Assembly (NCBI GenBank): GCA_964270895.1 | Contig: OZ185439.1 | From: Podarcis filfolensis | Taxonomy: Eukaryota | Strand: one strand, 5' to 3' | DNA length: 64,000 nucleotides | Shown: positions 22,561-36,753 of the stretch, piece by piece | Numbering within the stretch: the stretch's first letter is position 1 | Layout of the letters: each line of letters opens with the position of its first letter | The notes under the pieces: generated by a model | Told to the model about the DNA's origin: nothing | Database searches by the model: none | Seen by the model: the letters and a program-made list of their open reading frames with translations, nothing else | Made by a program: the position numbers and the translations under genes

Positions 22561-25500
22561 CTCTTGACCAATCAGATTCCCTATTTGCTTTTCCATCCAC
22601 CTGTTTGCCTACTGCTCAGGCTAGTCCCTCTCCAGATACATTTATTGCTTCACATGCTTGCTTCAAAGGACACTTATTCCACACTGGTACTCCTGTAGGC
22701 TGGCTCTGGTGGTCCATTTACGGTACTTCCATTCCTATCCTACTAAGGATTGTATCTGAGCTTCTGCATACAGTTACTGCCTCCATCAAAAAGTACAGTG
22801 TTGGCTATTATCAAGTGTTTGCAATTTAAGGGACAAGATGAGTGCAAAATTTTGGTTATGAATCAACATCAACCTATGTTAAATTTGTATGCTCTTTTTA
22901 TAAATATTGTAGCATAGCTATGTCCTGCTCACTTAAGTATTTGCTAGTTTTTAAAGCTGGAGTCAGCTTATTCTGAGCTGTCTTCATGCCCTTCAAAGTT
23001 TCTTCAGGTAAGGAGAAATCACAGTATGATGCTCTCCATGGTCATATTGATTACACACTCCTGAAAGCTCTTTTAGAATTAGAAAAGCTATGTTATTTCC
23101 TTTTGATTGAACAATCATGGCTTATCATGGATTTGTAAATAAGCCAAGTAAACAAGTAAATAAACAAATGGCCATGGCAGATATCAAAGCTTAATGACAC
23201 ATAATTCATTTCCAAAAAGGACATAATGTCCCATTCAATGCAGCTGATGGCTTATCCTTCCAATGGTATCCATCAGACCAACTGATCCTTATATGGGTCT
23301 GCAAAACAATTTATACATTATCAGTGAAGTGACCACACAGCATGCTTCCTCCCCGCAATGCAACATTTGTTCCTTCATCAGCTATGCCAACTCCACAAGC
23401 CTATAATTTGCTGGGCCACCAATCAAGTGCTCAGAACGAACCATGTTGATCTTATGCAAGAGGGGTTGTCACAGAGCATGGTATTATGCCAGCACTAGAG
23501 GGACATTTTTCCAACGTTGCTGGGAGATCACTAGCCCATGATGGTATGCCAAAATACCTAATACATTGGAAGCTCCAGTTATACACCCAGATTATACTCT
23601 CCAAAGTACTTTGAAGGCAAATGATTCTAAAAGGTCAGATGGATTACTTGAGATACAATTTGATCAAGCATCTCAAAAGCATGGAGATGCTAAAAAAAGG
23701 TTTTTCACGATAGCACCTGTGTTTTACGCCCACACTAGATATTATTTCATCTCAAAGCCATTAGCTTTGCTCCAAACATTTCACCAAGCCACAGACCATA
23801 TGAAACTGTATGCCAGAGACTTTCCCCAATGAGTCTTTCAATGTAAAATTATTTCTTGTTTAGAATAATGCTGAAGTCATGTTTCGGTCCACCACCTTGA
23901 TTCAAAATGACCCTGATGCTTATGCTCTTCCAACTGAGTTATCCCAGAGCCATCAACCTGGTGATCCACTGAAAAAATAAATAAATCTAACAGCACATTT
24001 GTAAACTTCCTTACTTTGGAGTAAGCCCTAACAAACACAATGGAACTTAGTTCCAAGTAAGCATGCATGGAACTGCATTGTCATTAATCATTACACTGGT
24101 TACTAAATTCAGTGAGACTACTAGGGGGCAAGATGAAAGAGCACAGGGCTGCTATACTTTTTCTAGTTGTGCAGAAGAGGGAATTTCAGCAGCAAGTTTC
24201 AACACTTGCTGAATTTTGCTCTTCTACACACCTATTAAAAATTACTATGCACCTGACTGCTTAGTAATGACATTAGTTTAATGTGTTATGAAAGCATACT
24301 CGTACCCGAACAGCCTACAGAATTTTACTCAGAAGTGGGTATACTCATGAATAATTATGCTTACAAGTATAGTCTTAAAACATTAGTTTTCAGCTTTTAC
24401 TATCCTATCTCCGCTTCCAATCTTAAAAATGGAAGCTCTTAGTTGTTTTATCAAATGTACGTCATGTAATAAATAATATTATTTTATTTTTAAAAATAGA
24501 AATGTTTCATTGATGCACCTGAGCTTAATCTTATCGTGAGAAGAAAGGAAAATGAATCACAGCTTGGCTCTATTTCAGGAATACCTTAGGAAAGTGAAAG
24601 CCATTACTTTGCTTTCTGTTGCTAATAATAAATCAACACTGTTGTAATAGCTTCAACACATGATGAGCCTCTTGATCAGGAAGGGAACATTTTTCATTTT
24701 CCCAGAAATGAGACTGTGGCTTGAAGGACAGTACAAATAGTTTCAAAGTTGTCTGGAGATGGTTCCAAAATTATATTCACACCATAGTTACAGAGACTGC
24801 TGTGTGTGATCCAGACTATTTAGAATGTCCCTGTCATTCTAAGAACACCTCCGGGTAGCTTTTTAATCCAGAAAAAAACAGGCTAGCTATATTTTACACT
24901 AGAACAAATTCAGTATAGATGCCACCTTTTATTTACATCCAGGCAGGTAGGAACCCCAAAACTCTCAGGAGGACCACTGTTATAGGCCTATACATCCCTC
25001 CTTGGTTTTTTTTTATTTATTTATGTTTGTTATCCCAGGTGGTCCTCCTTCAGCACCATTACTTTCTGTCTATATTATATCATGAGTAGTGTGTTTTCAA
25101 GTGTCTATAAATGCTTTTGGAGTTAGGCAATGACCTCAAATGGCCAAGACAAAACAAAGCAAAAACAACTAAATTAACATTCATTAAGAAAAACAAAACA
25201 TTGGCACACACTACATAATGTTTAAAAAGTATGTTTCTCTTAAAGAAATACAGTACAGTATACTGCTCGATCTAGCATGATGTCACAATTGCATATAGGA
25301 CAAAATCTAAAATAGTGTTTGATCAAAATCTTCCTGTAGCACTTATCTCATACAAATCTATTAGAAACAAAGGGAAGGGTGGCAATGCAAATATTAATAT
25401 CATTGGAAGACCGGCAGGTAGGGTGGCCAGGTGAGAAGATATAAAACTCTTGCATCTTTAATATTATGCAACCTACATCTACTGAAATTCCCTCTGCTAC

Positions 25501-26025
25501 TTAAGTTGCAGTGGCTAGGTCTTCTTTCTCACTTATCCACCCTATAGATAGAATCAAAGAACTGGATTGCTACACATTAGCTACAAGTGTTTCAATATGT
25601 GAATAAAGCCAAACATTACACTAGAAGTACTGTAGTGTACTGTATATATCCATAGGTATTAAAGCACTTTCATCCCAGAAATGTAATTTTCATGACATTC
25701 AATGCAAACTTGTGTGACTCTATTTGGAAATGTATCCACCATGTACAATGAGTTTACTACTGTCTGGTCTGAGTACAAGTTGGTATAGTTTGATCCCAGG
25801 AGATTCTGAAGAATCTCTACTAGCTCACTCTGCATCCTTGTCTTGGATCTGCTAGCCAAGCTGCAATGGAGTCCTAAAGCATGCCATTCAGCAGGCAGTG
25901 GCAGCTGAAGATTCACTGGGCTAATCTATTGTGGGTTTAATCCTAGTAATAAAGTTGGGGCACTTAGATTCTCAGTTAAATTGGTCTTCCTAAGGGGTGC
26001 CGGGGTAGAAAGAGGGGTAAGACCT

Positions 26026-26182
26026 TTCTGACAAAAGTACAAATAAGGAAAATAGATAGATTTATATATAGATATATATAGACATATATGTACAGCATGT
26101 ATTTTAAAGAATGTTAAAAGATGTAACTGAATGTAACATTGCAAAATAAAATGAAAAAAATAAACAAAAATAAAAATAAAAA
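26026..26182 (+). mobile_element. L1-type retroposed 3' fragment (157 bp) with A-rich tail
   Basis: Perfect 19-bp TSD AGAAAGAGGGGTAAGACCT at 26007-26025 and 26183-26201; AATAAA followed by a degenerate poly(A); bottom-strand nick context TTCT/A. Confidence 0.85.
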
Positions 26183-29100
26183 AGAAAGAGGGGTAAGACC
26201 TCTCTTAAGGACTCCAAGGTATGTCACACCCTTGTCATAGCATGTTTCCAATTCTCCATCTGTTCATTTTTCTTTTTATGCTTTCATAAAAATTATTTAA
26301 AAGATACTTTAAAAAAAAAGCTTTGGTAACTGTTCTAATGTGCAGAGTCATTAATTAGAACAACAACAAGAAAAGTGAATGCTGGAACCAAGTGGCATGC
26401 TTTGGCACCAGATTCTGCGTTCCAGGCGCCAAGCCAAAAGAGTGAGAGCTCAACTGGGAGCAGATATATTTGTTCCTGGGGGAGGGGGCTGGCACTTGTA
26501 CCATCAAACAGCTGATCCATGGAATAATTCTGGCATCTTTATTGGAACAAGCTTTTAAAGACCAGCTTGCCCAGCTGCAGGGGTAAAGTGCCACATACCA
26601 GAGGCAGCCATCATTGAGGGTGGAGAAACAATCCTACAGAAGGAATTAGTAAACTGAGAAGGGCATGAAGAAGTCAGTTTTATCAACAAACAGCAATCAA
26701 TGGCACGCTCTTCATTACCATCCCAGGCCATTTTTTTTCTACGAACAGCACAGGAGCCTTTCAGCAATAGTGTTGTGCAGCTATAAGGTAGGGGTGTGTG
26801 GCATGCACACAAATAAATTCCATGAAAACATCATCACATTAATTTCAACAGAAGAGTACACAAATGTGGCCTCCAGGTTCACATTTATGGCTAGTGATTG
26901 TCACAGGCACCATCCTAGTTCAGGTACTTCCCTGCTTCTTCAGGGCCCAAAACTTGTCCTCATTCATATCCTATTAAGAGCACCTAAGTAGGCCTCCAGT
27001 TTCAAAGGGCTTAAGCTCCCAAAACTCTAAAGGCCTAGTTTGTACATCACTGTGAACCCAAAGTTTATATTTCATCTGACCACCCAATATATAGAATTGG
27101 AGCTTTAATCCTCTGCAGATTCTTTCTTCAGTGCACCAAGTTAAGCCAAGAACAAACCCTAGCTTACCATCATGGTTAGTTATAAGAGGAACAAACCAAT
27201 AGCTCTGGTTTGCATGTAACGGCATGGTTTGTTTCTTCCCAGTAGCACTGAAGAAGGAAGTGGAGAAGGAAAGAACTATAGTCTTTTGAGCAGCACTCTG
27301 CTTGTTCACATTAAACCAAAATTTAATTACAAACTGCACTTTAAAGTGATGTACAAATCAGACCATTATTTGGATATTTTTATCTAGATACCTGCATTTT
27401 TTCTTCCCTATACCTTACACACACCCATATTTGATCTGGACCTTAATAGTTCCTTTTAACAGAAAGAAATTCAATGGGAACAAAATATATGGACATACAT
27501 TTTTCTGACCACACAGATCCAAAATATTTCTCTGCTTGTGCCCCAGATGGATTGACATTCTGGGTAATCAGGGCAACTGAGAAATTTAGTAGATGGAGGC
27601 AGAGTTGAGTGGATTCATTTTCTCCAGCCCTTCAGTGGAACTTAATGCCTTAGTTAAATTACCTTAATGATAAGCCAGAAGTTATTATTTTTCAAAAGAA
27701 GCTGGAAAAGTCAGGAAAAGTATTTCTGGAACATGGGAGAAACTTTAAATTCCTCATTCTGGAAATCCATCCTTTTGCCATCGGCATGAAGAGACCCCCT
27801 GTGATACTGTAATGTGGTGCGGCTTAGCATTGGAAAGGAAGCTTTGAAAAATCGGAGCAGTGGAATGGGGTTTCCTCACTCATAAGGTATATTTTCTAGA
27901 CATGATAGATGAGTTTAGTCACCACAGGCACAAAACCCCACAAGCAATAGCAACCTAATTTAATCTGACATCCCAGAGTTCTGGCATTATACCAAATCTT
28001 CCAGTGTTTTCATTCCCCTGCAGCTTGTCCAGAAGGTTGTAGTGCTCAAGCGGGGGGTGGGGAGATTCATACAAGGGCCATTCTTTTGGATGATGGCACT
28101 TAAGTTGATCCTCCTCCTAGTTCCACTTGGACAACAGAGATAATGACAATTCATATATGGGTTGTGAGTGTTTGTACTGGAATTGTGCATCTATGAACAT
28201 GTGAAACCACCTCCAGCTGAAAAACAGCAGCCCACTTAGTTGCTAACATTATTAAATTTCCCCCTAACACTCATTCTAGATCTTGGATCAGTTGGCAATT
28301 TCCTGTATGCTAAATTGCACACATAATCCACAGCACACACTGGCCGGTTACCAAGAAGCTTCCATAGCACCTCCTCCTGAACAGTTAATGTCATGGCTCA
28401 CTGGCTAGATGTGCTGTGAGGTCCAAAGGTTCCCCTGAGGCAGGTGTTCAGATCCACCAAGGCAGTCCAAACAAAACAGACAGAAGCAGAACAACCTCTT
28501 GCCGAAGAAACAACTGGAGTCACACTGAGACCGAATACATACCATATATATATATAAAGTCCCCACCCAAAGAATCATGGGAACTTTAATTTGTTAAGGG
28601 TGCTTGGAATTGCAACTCTTTGAGGGGTAAACTACCATTCTCAGGATTCTTGTTGGGTGGTGCGTGTGTGTATTTAGCCAGAGAAGGAAAGGCTGCCATC
28701 TGAGTCACAACAGCCAGCCAATTCAACAGCCTAAATAGCTGGGAGAAAGTCCATGGGTAACAACCCCTCCAAGAGAAAGACTGAGTCCCACTATTGCACA
28801 GTGATTCTGTAACAATAATGCTGACAACACAACATGTCCCTGTGAGGGAAAGAAGGCTTTGGGGGAGAAAGGATGCCATTCGGATCAGGAAAACTGGAAA
28901 TTACAAGAGCAAGCTAACAGAAAACAAGCCCCATGAGTTGCCTAAAAGCCCAAAGAAAAAGAGCAGCACAATAAGAAACAGGTGCAGCAGTTTGTGCTTT
29001 GCCATGGGGAGATGGAAATGCAGGCCTGGCAGGGCAAACCCTGCCCCATGATAACAAGAATTGTAGCTAGAAAGAGGCCTTTTTCAGCTGATTCCAATCA

Positions 29101-30656
29101 CCTGAGAGGACGGGGCAAGAGCAGGGGTGTGCCAATCTTCAAGGGGTCTAAACTGTCCAGATAGCCCACACAAGTAGGGAAGACTCCCCACTATATCAGT
29201 TCAGGCCACTGAACCAATGAAAGCAGCTATGTGACAGAGGGGGCAAGGTCACAGAACACATGCCCACTCTCTTCCCTCATGCAATAAGAATTACATGTAG
29301 GAGAATGTCTGAATAGGGCTACAGTCACAATTACAAGAACAGAAGAGCAGCTGCTGATTGGGCTTCTGTAGTCTCCCAGGGAGCCAGGCTGTGGCATGCC
29401 CCCTTCCCTTCATGCTTGGGGCAAACAAAACCATATAACTTTCCATCTAAGCCCTGTATCAGACATGGGGAACCAATCCTGGGAGCTGAGTGTGGCCTCC
29501 AGGTCCCTCTGCCTGGCCCTTCACCAGCCCACACCCCTCACCAGCTCTGCTCCATAGCCTCCTCATTCTGCCTGGCTGGCTGAAATGTGTCTTCAAGGTG
29601 CAATAATGCCTCTTGCTTAACCTGGGCAGAGGATGGAAAGATGCAAGTGTGCAGAAAAATGTTCCCCTTGCAATCCTATTTAGAAGAGTAGCTAGGTAAG
29701 AAATTGCGGGGGGGAGTACAAATCGAGAAGACAAGAGGCTTCAGGCTTATTGCCTAGGCAAGGGAATCTCAGGGGAAATATCAAGAAGACGTCGCATGCA
29801 TAAACCTAAACTAGTGCTCACCAATTTTAACCAGTTTTACTTGCAACAAATCCTATTGGACAGGAGGAAATGATGAAGCAACTCCCTAGAAAAACCAAAC
29901 AAGTCCTTACTACGGTAATGGGAGAAGAAAATGGCCGACTCCAATTAGTGAAAGCTCTCTTTTAATCTGACATCAAGCCATTAATTGGTTAATCACACTG
30001 ATTAATCTGTTAATGCTTTCAGACTTAATTATTTGTTGTATAATTAGAATAAACACATGTCTCCATTGCAGAGCTATTATCCCCCCCAACCCCTCCATTT
30101 GGAACCAAGTACTATACAGCTGAAAAGAAACAATAAATACCTGGGCCAGAGTGGTAAAAGCTTACCGTAATTTGATAGACTTGGGTTTGGGGGACTTAGG
30201 CTGAGGCCCCAGCTAGGACAAATGGTAAACATAAACAATAATTTAACAAGTTGCAGTTTACCTTAATGTTACATACTAGCTGTGGCAAGTGACCCCAGTA
30301 TTCATTCATACCCATGGCCATCCTATGCTTTCCAAGGACTCTCTCTACAACTAGTTTCCTAAATCTGAAGAGGAACAATAAGCTTTTCCTTAAAACTGAT
30401 GCAAGGAGCAGTACAATCAATGCTACATGAAAGATAACTGCCCCAATCTACAAAAATATTAAATCCAAGTAAAAATAGCTGCAGAGGTTTCCATGACAAT
30501 TTTTTTGAAGGGGAATATAACTTTAAAGATAACATTATATTTGTAGCAATTTAGAAATCTGTGGAAATGGGATTGTGTGGGTTGGAAGATCAGGAGCTCT
30601 CTGGCATGAGTGCATCAGTCTGTGTCTCTAATGTGATAACAAATGAAGCTTTACAT

Positions 30657-30792
30657 CAGGCTTCCTCAAACTCGGCCCTCCAGGTGTTTTTGGTCTACAA
30701 CTCCCATGATCCCTAGCTAGCAGGATCAGTGGTCAGGGATGATGGGAATTGTAGTCTCAAAACATCTGGAGGGCCGAGTTGGAGGAAGCCTG
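30657..30792. mobile_element. hAT-type palindromic MITE (136 bp), same family as 18773
   Basis: TIR CAGGCTTCCTCAAACTCGGCCCTCCAG / CTGGAGGGCCGAGTTGGAGGAAGCCTG; 8-bp TSD CTTTACAT/CTCTACAT (7 of 8); core is the reverse complement of the 18773 core. Confidence 0.9.
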
Positions 30793-31094
30793 CTCTACAT
30801 CATGGAGGTGTCCACCTTACCATTCCCTAGAACTAGAGCTACAGTAGTGAGGGAACAAGCTGCAATGTATAGTTCTCTCTCCAATGTGACTTGGACCTTC
30901 TGAGAAGCTGTAGAAAGGAAGCATGCTGCAAATTGTCCCACATCGCAGAGGTCCTCAGCTGGAAAACATAGAGCTGCTATGCTTGAAGCTGTTATCATAG
31001 AGGTTCTAATTGTACAACCAGTTAATGGCAAACAGACAGGACTTATTTGCCACCCCTTAACTTTAGTTCTTATGAATGAGTTCATGATTTAAAG

Positions 31095-31101
31095 CAGCAG
31101 C

Positions 31102-31133
<32 letters not shown>
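31095..31133. repeat. (CAG)n-(CAA)n microsatellite
   Basis: Direct reading. Confidence 0.9.
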
Positions 31134-31519
31134 CGGTCCTTCATGAGATCAAGGCACCCAACAGAAGTTTCAGAGTGTTTTCTATGGGTTGCCAAAAGCT
31201 ATTACACTAATGCTCTTCTGCACTAGCCTGGAGTAGAGAGAATGGCTTTCAGTCACATCTTCTGCTTCTCCGAATACATGGACATGATGTCTTGGGATTT
31301 GTCAGTGCCTATTCTGGGCACTGTGTAGGGATTTTCCAAGCTCAGCAACACATTAATTATTGCCAGAAACACTGGAGTGTTTCCTCTCTCTCTCTCTCTC
31401 TCCCTCCAGTAAGTGTAGTTAACTTGCATTTGAAAAATCTAGGTAGAAGAATAGAGAGCAATTGTTAATAGTTTATTATAAAAGTGCAAAGCTATAAAGG
31501 AACCCAAGTGTTCCATTTA

Positions 31520-31660
31520 CATAGGAAGCTGCCCCTTTTCCGAGTCCATCTGGTTCACTACTGTCTATACTGACTGCCAACAGCTCTCAGCTGTTTCAGA
31601 ATGGGTTCTTTTCCAACCCTACATGTAGATGCAGGGGATTAAACATGGGGCCTCTTGCAT
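31520..31660 (-). mobile_element. tRNA-Ala-headed SINE, degraded
   Basis: CATAGGAAGCTGCC tail and GGGATTAAACATGGGGCCTCTTGCAT head remnant on the + strand. Confidence 0.7.
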
Positions 31661-34600
31661 TTTTTTATTATCTATTTAGTTTATTTCATAAAATTTATAT
31701 CTGCTTGATTGTAGGAAAAACCTCAAAGTGGTGCAGATATTCTACCACCAAACTACGGACCAACCCCATGATCTGTTGGGGGATTTTCCTCTGACTTGGA
31801 TGCCCCTAATGAGCTAAATGGAACACATGATTTGGCCTGTGGCAAGCAAAATCCTACAAGAAAGAAATTTTAGATTTATGAAGAGGGTATTTCTTTCTCT
31901 ACTTGATACATTTGAATACGCCCCTCTTTCAGGGAGAAGGGATTTCCAGCAACAGCTTAGAATTGGAGCAAAATATTCAGCAAAACAATTTCACCATCCA
32001 TGAATTTTGGATCCAGTATTAATATTTTTTCCCAGTATTGTTGAAGGAAGCAACAAGCTTGTATCCTACTCCTCCCAGTCTTCCTAATCTTAGGCCATTG
32101 CTTTCTCTATCCATCAAGATGAGCTACCAATTGAGTTCCATTCAACATTTTGAAACAGACATTTTCAGAAATGTGCTAGATTTTTTTCACATTTAATATT
32201 TAATATTTTTATTTAATATTTGAGAAATTACCCCCATTTTGCCACCCATAAGTGAATTTTGGCAGCCCATTTTTGCTCAGCCCTCTCAGGGATTTGTAAA
32301 CTATACTTGCGGAATGAAAATGGATTTCCTCAATATTGTTGAAATTTCAATGTGGAAGTGTCATTGTCCAGTGATAAGAGTCAGCCCTAGTTCAGGTATG
32401 TGAAAGGCATTCCAATAGCTGCTTTCAATATGAATTTCCAATTGTATTTGGCAAATGTATCATCAGATGCAGAAAATATTGCTAGTATTTAAACGTAGTT
32501 GGAAGATCTCAGTTTGTACTATATGAAAGATTCAGGTTTCCATGGATACTGCATACTAAATAGTGTTATCAAAAATATTTTTGGGTTTCCATCGTATTTC
32601 AGTGCCTGTAGCAACTGCTAACAGCTTTATATAGCATTTTTCTAGTAGCAGACAGATTTGGCATACTTGCTGTATAAAAATTGCCAAGCAGCCTCCACTA
32701 CATTGTAGATTGAGCTAGTTTGTGTATTTGGGGGAGGAAGTGGTTTCTTCCTTAGATTAACCAAACAATTGTGTATAGTGTGAAGAAAAACACTTCAGTA
32801 CCAAATACCAGCACTTCCAGTTTGCTACTGTTGCTCCCTAAGATCCTTTGCAGGAAAATGTGTAAGATGAGTCTTTGTGGTAAGGTTCAATACAAAAAAA
32901 CAAAAACAAAACACCAACCTTTATGGAGAATCTTTTATCAGAGGGGTAGCTAACCCTTTCTAGGATAAGAGCCACACTGACCCATAGCCAACCTTCCAGG
33001 GTGGCACATGGAAAAGTGGGTGTAGCCATAGCAGAAAATTAATACCTATTTCAGTGCATGCTGAATACACAGAGTAGAATACAGAGACTATTTTACATTG
33101 TTTCTGAAATGCAGAGTATAAAATACAGAGCACGCAAAAATGGCAGGATAATTTTACCAACCACCAGAGGTAGAGAGGTGCTGAGAGATTTGGAATAAAT
33201 AGTCTATCCCTGCAGACCTTGGACTGATCCAACAAGGCAGCTCCTATAAGCCTCCATGTACAGAGCTAGACTGTCTTTGAGTATCAGTTGCCAGAGTTAG
33301 GAAACAGGGGAGAGGACCCATCCCAAGCTGTGGTGGACTTTAGTCTGACCCTTGTGGGCAATTCCTTTGTCCAAGCATAAAATATCCAGAAAAAACTTCC
33401 TCCCCAAGCTAAATCAAAATCCCAGCCAAATGACTCTGCCTGCATAAACCCCTCAGACCCCGATTGTACCCCCCACTCTTTTCTCCAGACTGCTTGCTTA
33501 TGGACTAATAAGCACAACCTTCTTAGTTGCCTTTACCAACCAGGATTAGGATGGCTGTTTAAATCCCACCTTCTTTCCTCCTGCTTGGTTGCTCACATCA
33601 GCCTTTCCATCTGTTAGTTATAAACCACTGAGATTCTGAAAAGCCTGTCCAGCCCTGTGCTTCTGTCATTCTCAGCCCTTGCCCAAACAGAGAAGCCACA
33701 GCTCATCCAGTGCCCCCATGTCTCTCTCTAGTGGGACAGCAAGGGCCTGATCAAGCATTTACCAGTCTTTGCTTGGGTTCCCAATTCCACCTCACTATGC
33801 TCAAGTACTGTGAAATCTGTTCTTCCAAGAATGGAAGAAGGGTACTTCGGGTTTGTCAAGTGGTGGAGCCCCCATAGTCACAATTTTCCAGATAATTGTG
33901 CTGTGTAGTTTTGCCACCAAATAGTCAGGAGGCCCCCATGGGGAATGAAAAACTTCTTGTCAAGCTAACCACTTCTAAGCTAGAAACAACATTTCAGTAC
34001 ACCATGCATCAGAGTCCATTTAGAAATCATCAGACATGGCAACATAACTGGTTCAAGATACGTGGACGCAATCCAAAAGGAAACCCCCATCTCTTCAGTT
34101 ACAGAATTGGCCCTTTAAGCAGACAACAGTCAATAGATGAGCGCAGGTGGTGGCTGATCACACCACAATAGTCCAGAAGAACCCATAGTGAAAGCTAGAT
34201 CAGGAGGAATGATGGGACCCATTACAGGACTATCTTAGTACCCCAATAATGGTGATGGCATGAAAGAAGGCTTCAGTGTTCCAGGCTGCCAGACCTTTTC
34301 CTGTATTTATCCGAAACCTATCAGTTCACATAATTTGTCCTTATTTTGTACACTCAGAAATACTTGATCTTAATCAGATTCCAATGAGTAATAGCAGCAC
34401 CCTTTGCTGTTTTACGTGAGCTTGCTACTTATGACAATTCTCAGTGATTTACTCCCTAATTGTGCTAATGCTCTTAGTATATTTTATGTCAACCCCTAAC
34501 TATAGGACACAGTAAAAATTCAGGTAAAAAAGAAAAGGCCCTAAAGATGATGAAGGATTCTTATTCCCTCTCTTTTTAAAAAATCAAAGTTTGCTGCCCA

Positions 34601-35580
34601 TTACTCATCTTCTTTAAAAACTCACATGCTAAATGGAATATGCCTATCTGAATTTTTTGGAGGTCAGCACTTACAAGCTACAGTTGTTTATTGTTTGCTA
34701 CAGGAAGAACAAGGGACTCTGGCTGGCCACATAAATCATGCCACCAAACATTAACAATAGCAATCAATAGTTAACCAGGCAAGAGAACATTCTGTCAGCT
34801 CTCTGGAATGGAAGGGTATTGTAGAAAGAACTACAGAGTGTGCCAACAATAGGAATTTTGCTATCAGGATGCTGACTTCTTGTACTGTGAAGTTCTATAC
34901 ATGATTGTTCAGCCATTATTTATCCCACTAATACCAATGTTATTCATCATAGTTTCAAAATATTCAGCTACTCCCTATTTAACCCACAGTGCTCAGCCCT
35001 ATTTGGCAATACTTTATGCAGAAAATATGCACAAAGTTGCTGAATATTCTACCTCTCCATTCCACCTCTGCATTCTCAGAGCTAACTCTCACTGTTCAGT
35101 TTGTGTCTGGGTAAGAAGTAAAGGAGCTCGTCTTCATATTTTCTTTAATTCAGAGCATGTTACACCAGCTACACAAGAATGTACATTCCATGGGCGACAG
35201 AAAGGAAGTCTCTTTATTTAAAATGAAACATATTAAAATGCATGGCCTAGTTTCTCTATATAAATAATTCCTTTCCATATTAAATCAGCAGCCTAATTTC
35301 ACAGGGCATCTGTAATTTATGACCTGGGGAGAAGATCACAGCTGCTTCTCCCTGGACATTTTGCTGCTGCAATGTACTGAGATAAGCAATGGCTTGGTTT
35401 AGCTTATTGTCCAAACACAGGCTCATAGTACAGTTATCTCCAGACTACCCACAAGATATAACCAAGGTTTGTTTAGGTTTAGTTCAGCATGGTACCACAC
35501 CAAAATGACTGGAAGAACTAAAGTGGCTGTGAGCTCCTTTTTGGGAGCCCATAGTCACACTAAGCCAAGTTCCAGCTTAG

Positions 35581-35709
35581 CACAGGACTGGGGAACATTT
35601 GGCCCTCCAGATGCTAAACTGCAGCTGCCATCATCCTGGACATTAGCAATACTTGCTGGGCCTGATGGGAGTTGATGTTCAACAACATCTGGAAGGCCAA
35701 ACATCCCCC
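35581..35709. mobile_element. Degraded hAT-type palindromic MITE
   Basis: GGCCCTCCAGATG ... CATCTGGAAGGCC core as in other copies; flanked by direct repeat TCCAGCTTAG (35571-35580 and 35710-35719). Confidence 0.75.
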
Positions 35710-36753
35710 TCCAGCTTAGTGTGACCTAGGAACCAGAGCAGTATAATCTAACTTCCAGTCTTGTTTATTCTACCACTTTCAATCACTATGCTGTGAAAAT
35801 GAACTTTATTTGTAGCTTTGCCACCAGCTATCAGTTTGAAAAAGCTTTCCTCTGTAATACTTTTGATTTTAGCATTCAGAAGATGATGTGGCAAAACCCT
35901 GTAGCTCTTGAATTATACATCCGTTTTTAACTAACTTTTCTACTAAAAAGTACAGTTACAATCTAGCTAAAGTGTTTAAAATCTGAAGCATTATTTCAGC
36001 TCTGAACAGAATTAGAAAAAACATTTAGAACTGGGAGTTTAAAAACGGATTTACTTTATATGACAGTCATGGCACAGTATTTAGCAGGTTTATGTTAAAT
36101 GGGAAATAATAAGGCTTGGTGTTTCCTTGCTCAGTTTTTCAGCATGAGCCACATTGCCACCTTCTGGAACCAGAAGGCAGACCCACTGCCACATTTTAAA
36201 TTTAACAGACCCTGAGGCTAATGAAGGCCCATCCCCTTTGCACATATCTCCCCCCCACACACACACACACATATACACCTTGTCCCGTCGCAGGGAAACC
36301 ATTCCCAGAATTCCAAGGAAAGAGAGACTGGCTGTTAAACCACTCTGAAAACTGCAGCTCTGTAAGGGGAATAAGGATTTCCTAATAACTCTCAGCACCC
36401 TTAGCAGCCAGCACTCAAGGGGATGGGGAACCACAACTGTTCAAAACGGTACAATATAGCTTTAATGTATAATGCAGGTTGCAGGGAGCGGGGGGGCTCA
36501 GGAGCATCCTCATGATAGGGAACCCTACCACCACAAGGCTCCCAATTACAGGGAAGTTGCTAAGTGAATTCAACCACATGCTCTTAGTATCCACCTTCAG
36601 GAGCTGTTCAGTGGAGCCCAAGCCCCAGGTCTCCTGCACCTCCCATCTTTTTATTTTTATTTTACTTTGCTTATTTGGAGGCTACTATCTTAATTTCCCA
36701 GAGACATTTACACATATAAATTCAGATTTACACATTTGTGTTAAGGGCCTGTG

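Noticed and set aside
23287-23296. Perfect CArG boxes CCTTATATGG (23287) and CCAAATATGG (45086)
   Set aside because: Several CC(A/T)6GG matches are expected by chance in 64 kb of AT-rich DNA; no clustering or other support.
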